From Barthelona sp. PAP020 (lineage: Eukaryota): a DNA stretch of 64,000 nucleotides. The stretch covers positions 1 to 64,000 of the forward strand of contig JARQWU010000003.1 of assembly GCA_040182905.1 (NCBI GenBank), written 5' to 3'. The notes under the pieces were generated by a model. It worked only from the letters and a program-made list of their open reading frames with translations, made no database searches and had not been told where the DNA came from. The position numbers and the translations under genes were made by a program. This document shows, one piece after another, positions 60,001-64,000 of this stretch (its first letter is position 1; every line of letters begins with the position of its first letter).

Positions 60001-62596
60001 CAAGTCTTTTTGGTTCAATTAAAGAATAATCCATTTTTTTACTGTTTATCACTTTCCAAGGTAGTGTATAATAAAATTGGACATTTTTTCGTTTCAGAAA
60101 ATGTAAAAAGTTTTCAAATTTTTTTTGCTTTTCAATTTTTAACATAAGCTTATTCATAGAAATATGAGTGGTATGATGACCAAAAGAAGGATCAAATGAT
60201 GGTTTTTCTTTATTGAAATCAAATCTTAAATTGCCAAATTCATAAAAAAAATGTGCCTTATCTTGATGTCTTTGACTGTAAAAAGTTGTATATTCAGGTG
60301 TACTACGTAGATTTAAAGTCATTAAGGAAGATATAGCTGTGGATTTTGAAGGTACAAGATCTTGAGGTTTTTCTCCATTCAAATTCGATAAAGTTATACA
60401 ATTTTCATTATAACGTTTAACGAATCTGGGATTATCAGATTTCGTTTCATTTGCTTGCAAAATTTCTTTATCCAAACTGGAACTGTTCAAATCTGAAATA
60501 TTCAATGTTTGAATATCTGATGATTGTCTGGGATCATCCTTATTATCGGTAGATCTTGATGATGGTCTTCCTGATAAATTTATGTCTGGTGTTAACAATT
60601 CATGAATAGTAGTATAACTGGCATTTAAATCATCACTTTCAATGTATGTTTTGTAAAAGGACTCAATGGCTCCAATTTCCGGTTGAGGTGTGTTCTCAAT
60701 ACTTGATTCGAGATTTAAACGAGTTGGTTGAGGCTGAATATAGTCAATGTCATCAGTTCCTATTGAATGTAAAGGAATAGAATACTTTTCTACAAGGCTT
60801 GTTACAGCAGCGCTTGTAATTGATTCTACAGGATTGACAACGTTGTTAGAATCTGGATCTGGTGTGTGTATGGATCTATTATTTGAAGTGTTTACAGCAC
60901 GTAAGAATGAAGAATTCCATTTTGAAGAAGGAGGATTGGAAAAATGTTTCGACTGAGAACTTAAAATTCTTGTGTCTTTACTTTTTGGGGTGAATATTGC
61001 ATTTTTTCTTAAAATTGGTGTTTTCTTTTGTATTACATTATTCTGTTTTTCATCCACTACTTCTTTTTCGACACCTGAAATTTTTAATTTTGAGGTTTCA
61101 TGAACTTTCCTTGTATTATTAGAAACTGAAGAACGAGATAAGGCGACATTTAACTCAGTTTGGCTCACATCCTCGTTTTCGCATTTTTTTCCGTCAGTTG
61201 TTGTTTCTGAGTTTCTCTGACCACCACTATCTAAAGTTGAAATATTCCTATTGTACTCATTTGAAGGATGCCAATTATGAAGTTGATTAAGCGTAGTTGA
61301 ACTTAAAGAAGAAAGGGAACTTGAACTTTTGGAAGAATTGTTTTTCCTTGAATCAGATACGTTTGATAAGCCTGAAGAGGTTGAAGCTTTTGTTGATCCA
61401 CTATTAATCGTATTTGTTGTTGAATTTGAAGTTAAATTAGGTCCATCCTGAGTAAAAAATTTATTTCTATCTTTCTTTTGTTTTTGGTCTTTGGTTTCAA
61501 ATAACTGAGATTCAGACTCAGCAATATCATTATCCGCTAATAAAGACACTTGTGTTTCGTTTTGAAGCATGCTTAATAAATGCAATAGTTCATCATTCGT
61601 GGATGGGAACTGAAAATTTACATTTCCATAAGAGTTGACAGCTATACTATATTTTCCCTGGCTTTGAACACTAAAAACATCTTTTAACCATTCTTTTAAC
61701 TCAGTCTGTGCTTTTGATATTGGAGGTACCCTTAATTCAGGTTTCAATGATTCAACTTCAGGTAGCATTTTTCCAGCAACCAAATGTAATCGTTCTTGTT
61801 CCTCAAAAATATTTCGGAGGGATAAAATCATAGGTTGATCAAAATCAGAATGAGAAAGTTGACCACGAGAATATTTGTGCAAAGGAATAATGTGTTCAAT
61901 ACGACAATCAGCTTCTATTGCAACCAAACTATCTTTGGATAATAAAGATAAATTGAGATCTTCTCCATGAAAATAAGTGTTGTTGCTCAAATCATCAAAG
62001 CAACATTCCATAATCTCATCATAATCAAGGGAGTTTCTATTTGGCAAAGGAACACGAAAATATGCATCTTTTAGTGAAATAAAATCCATGCCACACAAAC
62101 CATAATCTTGCAAAAATTGGCTTATCATCCCAGTATGAGCTTCAAATAAACAAACTTCTGATTTCAATATTGTTCTTCCTTTCTTTCTAAAAACATCAAT
62201 TAAATACTTTTTTGATGAATTGGTTCGACAAACTACTTTAAAGAACACATTTTCTTTTTCATGATATCCATAAATATCAAAAGATTTAACAATCTTAAGA
62301 TTAATTAATCCATTATTATCACCAAAATTATTTAATAAATTGTTTAACAAATATTTCATTGAATCCAAAATAGTGATTGCATTTGAAGGAGCTAAAATGT
62401 AGAAATATGGATAAAAACCATGAATATGTAAACAGCATTTCTGTCCACAACTACTGCTACCAATAATTCTTATTACATTGGCAAATTTTCCATTATCCTT
62501 AATTTCTTTATCGAAATATGATTTCTTACTTGAATAATAATCAATGTGAACTATTCGACATGATAAATATGGTCTTTCCTTCAATCCATCGTTCAT
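57098..62596 (-). CDS. REV3: DNA polymerase zeta catalytic subunit
   Basis: GQKCCLHIHGFYPYFY, NRGSQFRVES, FDFRSLYPSVIIAHNICYSTCLG, LKMVANVTYGYTSAGFSGRMPC, YGDTDS, C-terminal CysA and CysB clusters. Confidence 0.95.
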   Translation of the reverse strand: MNDGLKERPYLSCRIVHIDYYSSKKSYFDKEIKDNGKFANVIRIIGSSSCGQKCCLHIHGFYPYFYILAPSNAITILDSMKYLLNNLLNNFGDNNGLINLKIVKSFDIYGYHEKENVFFKVVCRTNSSKKYLIDVFRKKGRTILKSEVCLFEAHTGMISQFLQDYGLCGMDFISLKDAYFRVPLPNRNSLDYDEIMECCFDDLSNNTYFHGEDLNLSLLSKDSLVAIEADCRIEHIIPLHKYSRGQLSHSDFDQPMILSLRNIFEEQERLHLVAGKMLPEVESLKPELRVPPISKAQTELKEWLKDVFSVQSQGKYSIAVNSYGNVNFQFPSTNDELLHLLSMLQNETQVSLLADNDIAESESQLFETKDQKQKKDRNKFFTQDGPNLTSNSTTNTINSGSTKASTSSGLSNVSDSRKNNSSKSSSSLSSLSSTTLNQLHNWHPSNEYNRNISTLDSGGQRNSETTTDGKKCENEDVSQTELNVALSRSSVSNNTRKVHETSKLKISGVEKEVVDEKQNNVIQKKTPILRKNAIFTPKSKDTRILSSQSKHFSNPPSSKWNSSFLRAVNTSNNRSIHTPDPDSNNVVNPVESITSAAVTSLVEKYSIPLHSIGTDDIDYIQPQPTRLNLESSIENTPQPEIGAIESFYKTYIESDDLNASYTTIHELLTPDINLSGRPSSRSTDNKDDPRQSSDIQTLNISDLNSSSLDKEILQANETKSDNPRFVKRYNENCITLSNLNGEKPQDLVPSKSTAISSLMTLNLRSTPEYTTFYSQRHQDKAHFFYEFGNLRFDFNKEKPSFDPSFGHHTTHISMNKLMLKIEKQKKFENFLHFLKRKNVQFYYTLPWKVINSKKMDYSLIEPKRLESHNIIPTLKFKASQIESNLFTFPKHSNKGKNNSFSNKLKAMQFTNKHLNQNLKICSFHLLAFGEEHLTPQPKLNSVLSVAIATCSDDFENIMCKLITITDNLPSLSNNMNHRKNQAITHDITKVSSERALFEYIIDYILVIDPDIFLSFNIHDLGWLYFIERGKELEIDVLKTCSRLKSTKYSKKDDKIPEFEVIEGKKQMGNLYVNRTDIAGRIVLNLWKLLRHEIKLFSYQFEYVCEYALNMKLPVLEYTGHSYDATQLANYNYFVCKKSVLVLLLIQKFNIVLKTSEFSRIIGSDFKSILNRGSQFRVESVLHRLTKPCNYLTLSPSIFQVQNQRIPECVPLILEPKSGLHTDPVAVFDFRSLYPSVIIAHNICYSTCLGKIPPKEALSRSLINVALDMHNFNISTEHFRELVIKDQIFVSGTGSLFVTPDVKVGFLPKMLSEILSSRVLVKHGMKAQNLNLSENMINIQHARQLLLKMVANVTYGYTSAGFSGRMPCIEIAESIVQLGREYLEWVINFVLKDWEVDCEIVYGDTDSIFIKFAGRTVEEVFILAEELCTIINKQLPAPMYLEFEKIYNPLFLLSKKRYCGLKFVRPNSKPEIESKGTELTRLDQCHATHKILKNMIEIMIKTKYDLSQVKEYVLQMFTKVSNYQLNPIDFVFTREVKLGKYVNPPPAANLALRKIEADERLAPRYAERIPYLIFDGHPKQLLINMAGDPVDLVKYNMIVNTEYYIKRQFIPIINRFLNVCGADCALWWRNHKKRSYFRTRFEQGISNKVGENTPFQNQKYSIIGQGFTTYSTCLICFQNCNNNCCCCDTCLLRSGSIGIFYCYLNHFHKHLTKVGTICRGCSKFGSCFQNSYKIKCVNSFCPIFYHKHRLLNRVKFFETTLSNIEKRLKFLHRSNINQSVWVSPNDFLNEGPSIDELHGFWGNSTILIESSTKKVEDSLDNEEIIILDNTIQL

Positions 62597-62962
62597 AAAT
62601 TCATGAATAAGAATATCCTGCTTTTCATTTTTTTTTCTCTCCTTTTTTCTTTGTGTTTCTTGATTTACAACAATTTTTTATGAAGTTATAATGGAATAAA
62701 TTTTCAGCTTTTATCATTTTTTAATGATTCCATCAATACAAAAATCAATATTAAAAAAAAAATTTAAAAATTTAAAAACACTTTCTTTTATTGATTATAC
62801 AATTATCCTTTAATGATCTAATTAACAACTTTCAATTTTTAAATCAAAATCATTTCTACAAACTTAAGATATTAATTATTGAGTTGCTTTTGTATTTGAC
62901 GTTCCAACCAAAGAGCTCGGACTCTGTTCCAAGCGATATTTTCAATATTTTTAATCAAAACA

Positions 62963-63062
62963 NNNNNNNNNNNNNNNNNNNNNNNNNNNNNNNNNNNNNN
63001 NNNNNNNNNNNNNNNNNNNNNNNNNNNNNNNNNNNNNNNNNNNNNNNNNNNNNNNNNNNNNN
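62963..63062. other. Assembly gap (100 N)
   Basis: Run of exactly 100 N, typical of a placeholder scaffold gap. Confidence 0.99.
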
Positions 63063-63064
63063 TT

Positions 63065-64000
63065 TCGTTTTCTAATTTGATGAAATTGACACCAAATAAA
63101 CACCCTGAAGAACTCAGTGACTTATTTGATTTCATGGTTGAGCACAAAAATTTGTTGTCTCAAATCAGTGGTGCAGAACTATGCGACTTTTTAGAAGCCT
63201 ATCCCACTTTCACTGAGCTTCTGTTTGAAAAAATTGTTCCACACTTGTCTGAAATATCTCGATTAATCTTCGTTGAACTTTTACCCAAAAACATCATTTT
63301 TGAATTTCCAGCAATTGTAAAACCATTTTCTCAAAAGATTGAAATGATTTGTGATTTGAATGAAGAAATTAAACTGCAAAAAATCATCAATACAAGCCTC
63401 TCAACGCAACTTGAACGAGTTACATCCGTTGTTGCTTCGCTCGTTCAAAGCTAATCAAAAAATGTGAACACTCAAAATCAGCAAATCGATGAGCCAAACC
63501 AATAACCATCCCAAGACAACACAGTTGAAGAACTTAGGATTCAACTTTAGGCTACCCTATCCTGGGCTAATCAACTGGTCGAAATTGCCATCGATGAATC
63601 AGTTGAACTTCTAAAAAGTCTCACCCCAGCTCAACTGAGCCATATGTCTGCTAAGGCTATTAACACACACAGAATGTTCTTTGAATTAGATTCTAACACG
63701 CTTCATTCTTCATTGCCTCATTCATCGGGTCCAGATACCAATCAGTCTTCTTGGACTAACCCCATTGGCTCTCATTTCAACCGACTCTTTGACCATGTTT
63801 AATGTTGTTGACCGTGATCTGTGTCTCAAGGTATTTCCATCCCTGAAGCCCTTTGTGTATCAATTTTACTCAACCGACCTTGCAGAGTTCAATTATAAAT
63901 CACTTGACCTTGACCCCAGATCTGTCAACCGTGACAAATTTGATGAATTCATTGACCTTTCCATCAAAATGTATATCTCCAAATATCAATCGATCGCTGA
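63065..64000 (+). pseudogene. Interrupted coding-like sequence of unknown family (pseudogene or alternative-code DNA)
   Basis: Protein-like frame runs from the gap through TAA 63452, TAA 63503 and TAG 63548; a +1 frame is open from 63690 to the window end; more C-ending codons than in most genes of the window. Confidence 0.55.

Noticed and set aside
1120..60956. Many short (60-180 aa) ORFs antisense to or nested in the long genes, e.g. 18273-18818, 54029-54475, 14031-14282
   Set aside because: They are shadow frames of real CDSs or of coding repeats and contain no recognisable motifs.
10774..62596. POLD2 and REV3, both Pol zeta holoenzyme subunits, in one window
   Set aside because: They are 45 kb apart with many unrelated genes between; no evidence of functional clustering.
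2615..62604. Out-of-frame ATGs shortly upstream of about 7 of 23 start codons as a general control system
   Set aside because: Roughly what AT-rich sequence gives by chance, and the 5' UTRs may be too short to include them; only specific cases are reported.
1..64000. Prokaryotic origin, CRISPR arrays, rRNA/tRNA genes or an intact transposase/reverse transcriptase
   Set aside because: Gene content and introns are eukaryotic; I recognised no repeat-spacer array, structural RNA gene or mobile-element enzyme motif.

Overview
A gene-dense, AT-rich window from a eukaryotic nuclear genome using the standard code, most likely a flagellated protist with a compact, intron-poor genome. The 3' motif resembles the Giardia poly(A) signal and two gene types look bacterially derived, which would suit an anaerobic metamonad-like lineage, but the taxon cannot be fixed from sequence alone. 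I call 23 intact genes: Ipi1/TEX10-like, two receptor-type hybrid histidine kinases, PMI, POLD2, CCDC81, ATAD2/Yta7, CBP20, bacterial-type adenine deaminase, Rab-GDI, a penta-EF-hand protein, a kinesin, SF3B1, an RPEL protein, PP1, a DNAH1-like axonemal dynein, PKA-C, RP2, FKBP15, REV3 and three orphans. Three GT-AG introns of 42-43 nt, missed by the ORF track, complete the GDI, PP1 and FKBP15 genes. Most notable: (1) a bacterial CckA/NtrB-type hybrid histidine kinase receptor plus a His-less pseudokinase relative, a possible laterally acquired two-component sensing system; (2) signs of a remodelled spliceosome, namely near-fixed-length introns and an SF3B1 that lacks its N-terminal domain and is substituted at several human cancer-hotspot positions; (3) a recurrent TGTAAAT 3' signal; (4) after a 100-N gap, a compositionally distinct reading frame interrupted only by TAA/TAG, either a decaying repeat or TAR=Gln DNA. 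I recognised no rRNA, tRNA or CRISPR array. All alignments to reference proteins were done by eye from remembered family motifs.
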